From: an uncultured Sphingomonas sp.
GTDB lineage: Bacteria > Pseudomonadota > Alphaproteobacteria > Sphingomonadales > Sphingomonadaceae
Direction: 5' to 3'
Assembly: GCF_913776855.1 (NCBI RefSeq)
Contig: NZ_CAJYQD010000042.1
Location: 7,948-71,947 of the forward strand
DNA: 64,000 nucleotides
Shown here piece after piece: positions 39,661 to 49,183 of the stretch (positions are counted from its first letter, which is position 1; each line of letters begins with the position of its first letter). The notes under the pieces are model-generated. The model saw nothing but the letters and a program-made list of their open reading frames with translations. It ran no database searches and was not told where the DNA came from. The position numbers and the translations under genes are program-made.

Positions 39661-40872
39661 ATGTCCGCCGTCCGCCTGCCGATTTCCAGCGAAGCCGTCG
39701 CTCCCCCCGCCGAGATCGAGCTGTCGATCGTCATGCCCTGCCTGAACGAGGCGGAAACGCTGGCGGTGTGTATCAAGAAGGCGATGGCGTTCCTCGACAC
39801 GCATGGCATCGCGGGCGAGGTCGTGATCGCCGACAACGGGTCGACCGACGGGTCGCAACAGATCGCCAATGCGATGGGTGCCCGGATCGTGGCGATTCCG
39901 GTGCGGGGCTATGGCGCGGCGCTGGCCGGCGGCATCGCGGCGGCACGCGGGCGATTCGTCGCGATGGGCGATGCCGATGACAGCTATGATTTCGGTGGCC
40001 TGATGCCGTTCGTCGAACGGTTGCGGGATGGTGCCGACCTGGTGATGGGCAATCGTTTCCAGGGCGGCATCGCGCCCGGCGCCATGCCGGTGCTGCACCG
40101 GTTCCTCGGCAATCCGGTGCTCAGCCTGCTCGGCCGCGCCTTTTTCGATGTGCCGGTCGGCGATTTCCATTGCGGGCTGCGCGCCTTTCGTCGCGACCGG
40201 GCACTGGCGCTGGGGCTGACCTCGCCGGGCATGGAGTTCGCCAGCGAGATGGTGGTGAAGGCGTCGATCGCCCGGCTGTCGATCGCCGAGGTGCCGACGA
40301 CGCTGGCGCCCGATGGCCGCTCGCGCCCGCCGCACCTGCGTACGTGGCGCGACGGGTGGCGGCACCTGCGCTTCCTGCTGCTCTATGCGCCGCGCTTCCT
40401 GTTCTTCTATCCCGGCATGGCGCTGCTGCTGGCGGGTGCGGGGGTGACCGGGGTGCTGGCGACCGGCGATGTCAGCATCGGCGCGGTCGAGTTCGGCCCC
40501 CATACCATGATCTTTGCGACGATGGCGGCACTGATCGGCGCGCAGATGGTCTGCCTGGCGGTGCTGGCGCGGCTGTTCGGTATCCGCAGCGGGATGTGGC
40601 CCGAAAGCGCGGCCATGCGCCGGTTGCACGGCTGGTTCACTGTGGAGCGCGGCTGCATCGCCGGCGGTCTGGCGCTCTTGGCCGGGCTGGCCGGTGGCGT
40701 CGCCTCGACCTGGCTCTGGGCACAGGCCGGGTTCGGCGCGCTGCTGCCGGGCGAGCTGATGCGGCTGACGATCCCGTCGATGCTGCTCGGCTGCCTCGGC
40801 GTACAGATCGGCGCGACGTCGTTCTTCGCCGCGCTGCTCGACCAGCCGCAGGGCCTGCGCCACGCGGTCTGA
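39661..40872 (+). CDS. GT2 polyprenol-phosphate glycosyltransferase (DPM1/GtrB-like) with C-terminal TMs
   Basis: SIVMPCLNE, DNGSTDGS, GYGAAL, DADDSY, DFHCGLRAF, EFASE. Confidence 0.88.
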   Translation: MSAVRLPISSEAVAPPAEIELSIVMPCLNEAETLAVCIKKAMAFLDTHGIAGEVVIADNGSTDGSQQIANAMGARIVAIPVRGYGAALAGGIAAARGRFVAMGDADDSYDFGGLMPFVERLRDGADLVMGNRFQGGIAPGAMPVLHRFLGNPVLSLLGRAFFDVPVGDFHCGLRAFRRDRALALGLTSPGMEFASEMVVKASIARLSIAEVPTTLAPDGRSRPPHLRTWRDGWRHLRFLLLYAPRFLFFYPGMALLLAGAGVTGVLATGDVSIGAVEFGPHTMIFATMAALIGAQMVCLAVLARLFGIRSGMWPESAAMRRLHGWFTVERGCIAGGLALLAGLAGGVASTWLWAQAGFGALLPGELMRLTIPSMLLGCLGVQIGATSFFAALLDQPQGLRHAV

Positions 40873-40893
40873 TCGAGCGGTATCGGATCGGCG

Positions 40894-42111
40894 TTACCGG
40901 TCGCGCCGGCCGAGCAGGCGCAGGCGCAGCGCGTTCAGCTTGATAAAGCCCGCCGCGTCGCGCTGGTCGTACGCGCCCTGATCGTCCTCGAACGTCACGA
41001 CCTTTTCGCTGTAGAGCGAATTGGGCGAGCGGCGGCCGATGACATGGACGCCACCCTTGTACAGCTTCAGCCGCACTTCGCCCGACACCTTGTGCTGGCT
41101 GTGGTCGATCGCGGCCTGCAGCATCTCGCGTTCGGGGCTGAACCAGAAGCCGTTATAGACCAGCTCGGCATAGCGCGGGGCCAGTTCGTCCTTCAGATGC
41201 GCGGCACCGCGGTCCAGCGTGATCTGTTCGATCGCGCGATGCGCGGCGTGCAGGATCGTGCCGCCCGGCGTCTCGTACATGCCCCGCGACTTCATGCCGA
41301 CGAAGCGGTTTTCCACCAGGTCGAGCCGGCCGATGCCGTGTGCGCGGCCCAGCTCGTTCAGCTTGGCGAGCAGCGTGGCCGGCGACATTCCTTCGCCATC
41401 GACCGCCACGGCATCGCCGCGTTCGAACGCGACGGTGACGATCTGCGGCGCGTCGGGCGCATCCTCCGGATTGACGGTCCGCGAGAACACGTAATCGGGC
41501 ACTTCCTCCCACGGGTCCTCCAGCACCTTCCCCTCGGACGAGGTGTGCAGCAGGTTCGCGTCGGTCGAAAACGGCGATTCGCCGCGCTTGTCCTTGGGCA
41601 CCGGGATCTGGTGCTGTTCGGCGAACGCGATCAGCGCGGTGCGGCTGGTCAGGTCCCATTCGCGCCACGGCGCGATGACCTTGATATCGGGCTGCAGCGC
41701 GTAATAGCCGAGTTCGAAGCGGACCTGGTCGTTGCCCTTGCCGGTCGCACCATGGCTGACCGCATCGGCATTCACTGCCTTCGCGATCTCGATCTGCCGC
41801 TTGGCGATCAGTGGCCGCGCGATCGAGGTGCCGAGCAGGTACAGCCCCTCGTACAGTGCGTTCGAGCGCATCATCGGGAAGACGAAGTCGCGGACGAATT
41901 CCTCGCGCAGGTCGTCGATGAAGATATGCTCGGGCTTGATGCCCATCAGCTCGGCCTTCTTGCGCGCCGGCTCCAGTTCTTCGCCCTGGCCCAGGTCGGC
42001 GGTGAAGGTCACCACCTCGCAATTATATTCCTGCTGCAGCCATTTCAGGATGACGCTGGTGTCGAGACCGCCCGAATAGGCAAGCACGACGCGGTTGATG
42101 GACTCGGCCAT
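40894..42111 (-). CDS. argG: Argininosuccinate synthase
   Basis: [50 protein letters not shown]. Confidence 0.97.
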   Translation of the reverse strand: MAESINRVVLAYSGGLDTSVILKWLQQEYNCEVVTFTADLGQGEELEPARKKAELMGIKPEHIFIDDLREEFVRDFVFPMMRSNALYEGLYLLGTSIARPLIAKRQIEIAKAVNADAVSHGATGKGNDQVRFELGYYALQPDIKVIAPWREWDLTSRTALIAFAEQHQIPVPKDKRGESPFSTDANLLHTSSEGKVLEDPWEEVPDYVFSRTVNPEDAPDAPQIVTVAFERGDAVAVDGEGMSPATLLAKLNELGRAHGIGRLDLVENRFVGMKSRGMYETPGGTILHAAHRAIEQITLDRGAAHLKDELAPRYAELVYNGFWFSPEREMLQAAIDHSQHKVSGEVRLKLYKGGVHVIGRRSPNSLYSEKVVTFEDDQGAYDQRDAAGFIKLNALRLRLLGRRDR

Positions 42112-42250
42112 GGGCAGGCTCCTAAGCATGGAAAGGTTGGGCGCGCGGTTAGGCGACCCACGCCCGCGACGCAAGGACACGTGCTTGCACGCGGGGCCGG
42201 GCGGTGCGATCGTGACGTGGCTTTTCTCTTTTCGGAAAGAAACCGACCCG

Positions 42251-42577
42251 ATGCTGTTCGCCGTCCTCGCCCTCGCGCTGCAGACCACTCCCACGGCACC
42301 CCCGGCGACGACTCCGCCCGCGCCGGTGGTCGAACCCGCGGCCGAGGACGAAACCGAATTCTTCGCGCTGTTCGACACCGACAAGGACGGCACGATCAGC
42401 AAGGCCGAATTCGACGCGATGAGCGCGAAGATCGATGCCGAGGCCGCGAAGCAGGACCCGTCGCAAAAGGGGCAGGCAGCCGCCGGCCTCGCCACCGCGT
42501 TCGCGCTGATGGACCAGAACAAGGACGGCAAGATCACGCGGGAAGAGTTTCGCGCGATCGTGAAAGCGGGGCAGTAG
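42251..42577 (+). CDS. Secreted EF-hand protein
   Basis: Signal-like N-terminus; two canonical loops [12 protein letters not shown] and [12 protein letters not shown]. Confidence 0.85.
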   Translation: MLFAVLALALQTTPTAPPATTPPAPVVEPAAEDETEFFALFDTDKDGTISKAEFDAMSAKIDAEAAKQDPSQKGQAAAGLATAFALMDQNKDGKITREEFRAIVKAGQ

Positions 42578-42587
42578 GGGGCCTCTA

Positions 42588-42670
42588 CGTCACCCCGGCG
42601 CAGGCCGGGGTATCCAGCGGCGAGGAGCGCGCTCTATTGACGGGAGATCCCCGCCTGCGCTGGGATGGCG
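42588..42670. repeat. CGTC-class REP inverted dimer (degenerate)
   Basis: cgtcaccccggcgcaggccgggg ... ccccgcctgcgctgggatggcg. Confidence 0.7.
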
Positions 42671-42691
42671 TTTCTGGCAGGATGTCGTCCT

Positions 42692-45600
42692 CTACTCCGC
42701 CGCCAGCAACCCTGTCGCGCCGCCCAGATCGACCGATACCAGCCGGCTGACGCCGCGTTCGACCATCGTCACGCCGAACAGCCGGTGCATCCGGCTCATT
42801 GTCGCGGCATTGTGGGTGACGATCAGGTAGCGGGTATCGGTATCGGCGGCCATCCGGTCGAGCAAGTCGCAGAACCGGTCGATATTGGCGTCGTCCAGCG
42901 GCGCGTCGACCTCGTCCAGCACGCAGATCGGCGACGGGTTGGTCAGGAACAGCGCGAAGATCAGCGCGATGGCGGTCAGCGCCTGTTCGCCGCCCGACAA
43001 CAGGGTCAGCGATTGCAGCCTTTTGCCCGGCGGTTGCGCCAGGATTTCGAGGCCCGCCTCCAGCGGATCGTCCGAATCCACCAGTTCTAGCTGCGCCTGC
43101 CCGCCGTCGAACAGCGCACCGAACAGCCGGCGGAAATGGCCGTCGACCGCTGCGAATGCGGCCAGCAGCCGCGCGCGTCCCTCGCGGTTGAGCGTGCCGA
43201 TCGATCCGCGCAGCCGCTGCACGGCCTCGGCCAGTTCGGCGCGTTCCGCCGCCGTCTCGCCCTGCGCCGCCTCCAGCTCGGCCAGTTCGGTATCGGCGAT
43301 CAGGTTGACCGGGCCGATCCGGTCGCGGTCGGCCAGCAGCCGGTCGTACGCCGCGCTCTCGCCCGGCGCATCGCCCACCTCCGCGCCGATAAAACCGATG
43401 CGCGGCAACAGCGGCGGGGGGCATTGGAAGCGCTCGCCCGACAGCCGCCCCATCTCCAGCCGTCGTTGCTCCTGCGCCTCTGCCCGCGCACCCGCCCCGG
43501 CACGGCGTTCACGCGCGGCGGCAAGCGATTCGGCGATGCCGGCGGCGGCGCGCTCGGCGGCGCGCAACCGTGTTTCGGCAGCCGTCTCCAGCGCGGCCGC
43601 GTCGGTCACTGCATGGCGGAGGGTGCCTAGCGCGTCGTCCACCCCGGCCAGTTCCGCCGCCAGTGCCGCCGGTCGATCGCGTAGGCCGGCGCGGTCGGCG
43701 GCGACGGTGGCGATCCGCGCATCGACCTCGGCCATGCGGCGGTCGGCATCGGCGGCGCGCGATTGCCATGCGGCGATCTCTGCCGTCGCCATGGCCAAGC
43801 GATCGCGATCGCGGGTCAGCGCCGCGTCCCGCGCGGATCGGGCCGAGCGGGCATCGGCGACCTGCGTCCGTGCCATCCCCGCCGCCATCGCCAGCGTGGT
43901 GACCCGCCCTGCGGTGGCGCTGCGATCGGGCAGGTGCCGGATCGCGGCCTCGGCGCGGTCGGCATCGTCCTGCGCCTCGATCAGGTCGCGGTGAATCCGC
44001 TCCAGCCGGGCGGCAACGTCATCGGCGCGCGCCTGCGCCCGTTCGATCGCGGCGGCGGCGCGGTCCTCGGTCCGCAGCGCCTCGCGTGCCTGTGCCTCGG
44101 CCTGTTCGAGCGTGCGGCGGGCGGTGGCCAGCGCGCCGCGGGCATCGCCGATCGCGGTATCGGCGGCGGCCAGCGCCCCATCGGCGGCATCGCGCCGCGC
44201 GACCAGCGCCGGGCGTTCCTGCCCCAGCGACCGCAACCGGTTGGTGCGGGCAAGGCGCTCGGCCGCCGCCGCGCCCGATCCGGCCCGACTGCAAAGGCCG
44301 TCCCACCGGCGCATCGCCCCGTCGAGCGTCACCAGCCGCTGCCCCACCGCCAGTTCGGTGCCCTCGTCACGCTCGACCACCAGCACCTGCGCCAGCCGCC
44401 GGGCGAGGGCGGGCGCAGTGACCTGTGTCGCCAGCCGTCCGATGCCGTGCGGAACCGCCGGACCTTCGATGGGCGCGGCGTCGGCGTCCCAATAGCGGTC
44501 GTCGCCGGGATCGGTCCCGGCGTCGAGATCGTCGCCCAGTGCCGCCGCCAGCGCCGTCTCGAACCCCGGTTCGACGACCACCGAATCGATGATCCGCGCG
44601 CGGCCGCTACGCCGGAGCGCCCGTTCCAGCGCGGTGATTTCACCGTCCAGCGCGGCCAGTTCGGCGGCGGCGGTCGCCCGGTCGGCCTGCGCCCGTCCGC
44701 GCGCCTCCTGCGCCGATCGTTCGGCGGCATCGGCGTGGACGATCGCGGCGCGGGCGGTGTCGGCGGTCGCCAGCGCACTTGCCCGTTGCTCTCCCGCCGC
44801 CGCGCGTTCGGCGGTCAGCGGCGCCAGCGCGGGCAGCGCGACCTGTTCGGTCAGCGCACGCGCCTCGTCGCGGCGGGCGCGGTCCAGCCGGGTACGCGCG
44901 GCCTCCTGTGCGGCGGCGGCGACCCGTGCCTCGGCCAGTTCGGTCGCCTGTGCTGCCAATGCCTCGCCATGCACGGCGTCAGCGAGCGCGGCCGCTGCCG
45001 CCGCTTGCGTCAGCGCGGCGTCGAGCTGGGGCAGCAGCGCCGTGGCGTCGGCGATCGCGTGGTCGAGCGCGACAACTTCGTCGGTCAGGCGGGCGGCCGC
45101 ATTCGCCGCATCCCCCGCCAGCGCGCCTTCCCTCGCCCGATCCTCGGTCAGGCGCGCAGCCTGCGCCGCCAGATCGGCCAGCCGCCGGGTCGCGGCATGG
45201 GCCTGCGCCTGCAACCGTTCGCGGGCATGGGCGGCGTCGGTAGCGCGCTGACGCAGATCCTGCGCCGCGGCGCGGGCGGTGGCCAGCGCTTCGGTCGCTG
45301 CGGCCTGTTCGGCGATGGTTGCCGCCTGCGCGCTCCCGTGGTCGGCGACCAGCGCCTCGGCGGCCGTCGCCTCGGCCTTCGCCGTATCGGCAGCGGTGGC
45401 GGCATCGCGCCAGCGAGCATAGATGGCGCGCGCCTCCGCAATGCGGATCGCGTCGGTCAGTTCCCGGTAGCGCGCGGCGACCCTGGCCTGCCGCCGCAAT
45501 ATGGCGGCGCGCGCGTCCTGTTCCTGCGCCATCTCACCCAGCCGGTCGAGATTGGCCTCGGTCGCGCGCAGTTTCGATTCGGCGTCGCGGCGGCGGACGT

Positions 45601-46135
45601 GCAGGCCGGAAATACCCGCCGCATCCTCCAGCATGGTGCGGCGTTCGGCGGGGCGGGCGGCGATGACCGCCCCGATCCGGTTCTGGCTGACCAGTGCCGG
45701 CGAATGCGCGCCGGTCGCGGCATCGGCGAACAGCAGCGACACGTCCTTCGCCCGCACGTCGCGGCCATTGATGCGATAGGCGGAACCGGCACCGCGTTCG
45801 ATCCGGCGGACGATCTCCACCTCGTCGCCCGCCGCATCTTCGGCAAGGATCGCGACCTCGGCAAAGTCGCGCTGCGGGCGGGTTTCGGTGCCGGCGAAGA
45901 TCACGTCGTCCATGCCCGCGCCGCGCAGCGACTTCGCGCTGTTCTCGCCCATGGTCCAGCGCAGCGCTTCGAGCAGGTTCGACTTGCCGCAGCCATTGGG
46001 GCCGACCACCCCGGTCAGCCCGGCCTCGATCACCAGATCGGCGGGGTCGACGAAGCTCTTGAACCCGCTCAGCCGCAGCCGCCGGAGCGTCAGCCCCGGC
46101 GTGGGCGGTGTGGCCGCGTCATTCCCCGCGGCCAT
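42692..46135 (-). CDS. smc: Chromosome segregation protein SMC
   Basis: GFKSF, GPNGCGKSN, long coiled coils, LSGGE, LDEVDAPLD. Confidence 0.95.
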   Translation of the reverse strand: MAAGNDAATPPTPGLTLRRLRLSGFKSFVDPADLVIEAGLTGVVGPNGCGKSNLLEALRWTMGENSAKSLRGAGMDDVIFAGTETRPQRDFAEVAILAEDAAGDEVEIVRRIERGAGSAYRINGRDVRAKDVSLLFADAATGAHSPALVSQNRIGAVIAARPAERRTMLEDAAGISGLHVRRRDAESKLRATEANLDRLGEMAQEQDARAAILRRQARVAARYRELTDAIRIAEARAIYARWRDAATAADTAKAEATAAEALVADHGSAQAATIAEQAAATEALATARAAAQDLRQRATDAAHARERLQAQAHAATRRLADLAAQAARLTEDRAREGALAGDAANAAARLTDEVVALDHAIADATALLPQLDAALTQAAAAAALADAVHGEALAAQATELAEARVAAAAQEAARTRLDRARRDEARALTEQVALPALAPLTAERAAAGEQRASALATADTARAAIVHADAAERSAQEARGRAQADRATAAAELAALDGEITALERALRRSGRARIIDSVVVEPGFETALAAALGDDLDAGTDPGDDRYWDADAAPIEGPAVPHGIGRLATQVTAPALARRLAQVLVVERDEGTELAVGQRLVTLDGAMRRWDGLCSRAGSGAAAAERLARTNRLRSLGQERPALVARRDAADGALAAADTAIGDARGALATARRTLEQAEAQAREALRTEDRAAAAIERAQARADDVAARLERIHRDLIEAQDDADRAEAAIRHLPDRSATAGRVTTLAMAAGMARTQVADARSARSARDAALTRDRDRLAMATAEIAAWQSRAADADRRMAEVDARIATVAADRAGLRDRPAALAAELAGVDDALGTLRHAVTDAAALETAAETRLRAAERAAAGIAESLAAARERRAGAGARAEAQEQRRLEMGRLSGERFQCPPPLLPRIGFIGAEVGDAPGESAAYDRLLADRDRIGPVNLIADTELAELEAAQGETAAERAELAEAVQRLRGSIGTLNREGRARLLAAFAAVDGHFRRLFGALFDGGQAQLELVDSDDPLEAGLEILAQPPGKRLQSLTLLSGGEQALTAIALIFALFLTNPSPICVLDEVDAPLDDANIDRFCDLLDRMAADTDTRYLIVTHNAATMSRMHRLFGVTMVERGVSRLVSVDLGGATGLLAAE

Positions 46136-46139
46136 GGGG

Positions 46140-46874
46140 TCAGGCGCCAGCGCCCTTCAGCGCCTGCTCGATCTGCTGCCAGGTCACGGCATTCTCGACC
46201 TTTTCGCCGTTGATCATGAAGGTCGGGGTGCCGGTGACGACCGCGCCGCCATCCTCGGTGATCTTGACGACCTGCTGCAACAATGTCTGGTCGGCGAGGC
46301 ACTGGCGGGCCTTCGCCTCGGGCACGCCGCGCTGCTTGACGAAATCGACGAAGCCGGCGGCATCGGCCCAGCCGGTGACCGCCTGCAGCGGCGGGATCGA
46401 CTGCAACCGAGCCTGTTCGGCCTGCGGGATCGCCTGCATCCGGTCGAGCGTCGCCGCCTGATCCTGATACATCGCCTCGAGCAGCGGGAAGAAGGTGGCG
46501 GTGCCGTTGCAGCGGCCCAGCACGGCGGCGGCCAGATCGGGCGCGCCATGGACCGCGAAGTCGCGGAACTCGAAGCTCACCTTGCCGGTCGAGACATAGT
46601 TGTTGATCAGCGGTTCGTTGGCCTCCCGCCCGAACGCGCCGCAGGTCGGACAGGTGCGCGAACCATATTCGACCAGCTTCACCGCCGCATCGGGATTGCC
46701 GATGCGATAGCCGCCCTCGGGCGTGACCGCGACCATGTCGGTCCACTTCTTGCCCGCAGGGGCGGCGACATTGGCGACGGGCGCGGCGGCGGTGCCGTTG
46801 GCGCCGGTGGCCGAATCGCCGCCGCCACAGGCCGACAACAGGCCGAGCGCGATCAGGGGGAGTACGAAACGCAT
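46140..46874 (-). CDS. DsbA-like thioredoxin-fold lipoprotein
   Basis: Lipobox LLSAC, GNPDAAVKLVEYGSRTCPTC, GTPTF. Confidence 0.87.
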   Translation of the reverse strand: MRFVLPLIALGLLSACGGGDSATGANGTAAAPVANVAAPAGKKWTDMVAVTPEGGYRIGNPDAAVKLVEYGSRTCPTCGAFGREANEPLINNYVSTGKVSFEFRDFAVHGAPDLAAAVLGRCNGTATFFPLLEAMYQDQAATLDRMQAIPQAEQARLQSIPPLQAVTGWADAAGFVDFVKQRGVPEAKARQCLADQTLLQQVVKITEDGGAVVTGTPTFMINGEKVENAVTWQQIEQALKGAGA

Positions 46875-46897
46875 GGCATCAACTCTCTTTATAGGGA

Positions 46898-47590
46898 TCA
46901 GGAGGCGGTCAGGAACGGCTTGAGCGTGGCCCAGTCATGGGCCTTGACCTTCTTGCCGTTGACCTCGAAACTGGGCGTGCCCTCGATATTGGCCGCCTGG
47001 GCCGCCTCGGCGATGGCGATCACCCGCTTCTGGGCGGCTTCGTCGTTCAGGCAGGCGGTGATCCTCGCATCGTCCAGCCCGTGGCCGCGCAGCAGGGTGC
47101 GCAGGCCGGTGACGCCGGCGAGCTGTTCCAGCCGCTTGCCGATCGTCGCCGTCGGCTGCTGCGCCGCCGGCGTCGCGGCAAAGGCTTCGGCCTTGTCCAG
47201 CATCGCCGCCTGCTGTGCAAAGATCGCATCATGCGCCGCCACGAACCGGTTCGCCCCGCCGCAGCGTGCCAGGACGGCGGCGGCGAGGTCCAGCGCATCG
47301 CGCGGCAGCGTGCGATATTCGACCCGCACCCGACCCGACCGGATCAGGGCGGTCAGTTCGGGCTTCGCATCGCGGGCAAAGGCGGCGCAGTGCGAACAGG
47401 TATAGCTGGCCCATTCGACCAGCTGCACCCGCGCCATCGGATTGCCGACCGCGACGCCGCCGGTCGGCAGCATCGTGACGCTGTTGGTCCAGTTGCGCGC
47501 CGTCGCGGCACCGGCGGGGGCCTGCGCCTTGGCCGGGGGCATCCCGAACAGCGCGAACAGGAACGAGCAGAGGAGAATCAGGATACGCAT
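46898..47590 (-). CDS. DsbA-like thioredoxin-fold protein
   Basis: Signal peptide, GNPMARVQLVEWASYTCSHC, GTPSF. Confidence 0.85.
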   Translation of the reverse strand: MRILILLCSFLFALFGMPPAKAQAPAGAATARNWTNSVTMLPTGGVAVGNPMARVQLVEWASYTCSHCAAFARDAKPELTALIRSGRVRVEYRTLPRDALDLAAAVLARCGGANRFVAAHDAIFAQQAAMLDKAEAFAATPAAQQPTATIGKRLEQLAGVTGLRTLLRGHGLDDARITACLNDEAAQKRVIAIAEAAQAANIEGTPSFEVNGKKVKAHDWATLKPFLTAS

Positions 47591-48132
47591 CAGCGGACCT
47601 TGCCAAGGATCGGAATGGCGGGGGGCGGCGGCGCGGCGACCGCCCCGGCGAGCGCGGCGAGAACCTCGCGCAGTTCCGGGTCGGCGATATCGCGCAGGCT
47701 TTCGTGCATCTCGACCGGGATCGGCGGCGGTTCGCGGCGCGGCGGCACCGCGCGCCGGGGCCGCACCTCGCCATGCCGGAACTGCAGCCGGGCGACCGCG
47801 GCATAACCGAAGAAACGGTTCACCCGCTCGACGATTTCCGGCGCGATATGCTGCATCATCGTGCCATGCGCGCCCGACACGATCAGCGTCAGCGTCCCGT
47901 CGGCGCGCTTGCCCGGCGGAAAGCGGATCGATTCGGGGGCGGATACGCGGGCAAAGCGTTCGCCGACGATCTCGCCCCAGCGGCTGACCACCGCCGACTG
48001 CACGAAACCGAATTTGCGGAACGCCGCGCCGCCGATGTCGGGCAGCAATTCGGCCACGGGCCGCGCACCGCCACGCCGGCGGGGTTCGGGAATCGTCGCA
48101 TGGGGGCGGGGGCGCGTCGTCATTACCGGCAT
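47590..48132 (-). CDS. DUF721/DciA family protein
   Basis: FRKFGF...RWGEIVG, GTLTL, RVNRFFGYAAV; divergent from mutY and upstream of dsbA-smc. Start may be 48123. Confidence 0.8.
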   Translation of the reverse strand: MPVMTTRPRPHATIPEPRRRGGARPVAELLPDIGGAAFRKFGFVQSAVVSRWGEIVGERFARVSAPESIRFPPGKRADGTLTLIVSGAHGTMMQHIAPEIVERVNRFFGYAAVARLQFRHGEVRPRRAVPPRREPPPIPVEMHESLRDIADPELREVLAALAGAVAAPPPPAIPILGKVR

Positions 48133-48151
48133 CCCATGCCATAGAGCCGGC

Positions 48152-49183
48152 GTGGACGCCAAGCATCTCTCTGTCGCCGAACGGTTGCTCGACTGGTATG
48201 ATCGCAACCATCGCAGCCTGCCATGGCGCAGCCCGCCCGGAACCGCCGCGCCCGATCCCTACCGCGTGTGGCTGTCGGAGGTGATGCTCCAGCAGACGCA
48301 GGTGGCGAGCGTTCGACCCTATTTCGAAGCATGGACCGCGCGCTGGCCGTCGTTCGCGGCGCTGGCGGCGGCGGACGATGCCGATGTCATGGCGGCATGG
48401 GCGGGGCTTGGCTATTATGCGCGCGCCCGCAACCTGCTGGCGTGCGCGCGGGTGGTGGCAGGCCTGGGCGCGCTGCCCGATACCGAAGCCGAACTGCGCA
48501 AGCTGCCGGGGATCGGCGACTATACCGCCGCCGCGATCGCGGCGATCGCCTTTGGCCGGCGGGCGGTGGTGGTCGATGCCAATGTCGAACGGGTCGTGTC
48601 GCGGCTGTTCGCGGTTGCCGAACCGCTGCCGGGTGCCCGTCCGGCGATCCGCGCGGCGACCGACACCATCACGCCCGACCTGCGCGCCGGCGACTTCGCG
48701 CAGGCGATGATGGACCTGGGGTCGATGGTCTGCACCGCCCGATTCCCGCGCTGCCTGCTTTGCCCGCTGCGCGACGATTGCGCTGCCTACGCCATGGGCA
48801 CACCCGACGCCTTTCCGGTGAAGGCCGCGAAAAAGGCGAAGCCGCAGCGATTCGGCACGCTGTTCTGGGCGGAGCGTGACGGCCGCGTGCTGCTGGTGCG
48901 GCGGCCGGACAAGGGGCTGCTGGGCGGAATGCGCGCGCTGCCGACCGGGCCGTGGCGCGACACCGATCCCGGCGTCGAGGGCGCGCCTCTTGCCGCCGGC
49001 TGGCGCAGCGTCGGCATGGTCCGGCACGGCTTCACGCATTTCGATCTTGCCTGCACCGTCATGGTGGCGGATGCAGCGGAGGACACCGCGCAGGGCGAAT
49101 GGTGGCCGGTCGCGGACATCGCCGACGCCGGGCTGCCGACGCTGTTCGCGCGGGCGATCGCGGTTGTGGAGGGAATGCGATGA
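48152..49183 (+). CDS. mutY: A/G-specific adenine glycosylase
   Basis: PYRVWLSEVMLQQT, WAGLGYYARARNL, LPGIGDYTA, C-x6-C-x2-C-x5-C. Confidence 0.95.
   Translation: MDAKHLSVAERLLDWYDRNHRSLPWRSPPGTAAPDPYRVWLSEVMLQQTQVASVRPYFEAWTARWPSFAALAAADDADVMAAWAGLGYYARARNLLACARVVAGLGALPDTEAELRKLPGIGDYTAAAIAAIAFGRRAVVVDANVERVVSRLFAVAEPLPGARPAIRAATDTITPDLRAGDFAQAMMDLGSMVCTARFPRCLLCPLRDDCAAYAMGTPDAFPVKAAKKAKPQRFGTLFWAERDGRVLLVRRPDKGLLGGMRALPTGPWRDTDPGVEGAPLAAGWRSVGMVRHGFTHFDLACTVMVADAAEDTAQGEWWPVADIADAGLPTLFARAIAVVEGMR

Noticed and set aside
42692-46135. SMC-like defence system (Wadjet/Lamassu)
   Set aside because: It is a canonical Smc in its usual mutY-dciA-dsbA context, with no jet or lmu partner genes.
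1246-46213. Many long antisense or alternative-frame ORFs (e.g. 1246-3036, 13997-16420, 26733-29339, 43763-46213)
   Set aside because: They are Arg/Pro/Ala-rich shadows of real genes, expected in high-GC DNA with few stop codons, and show no recognisable motifs.
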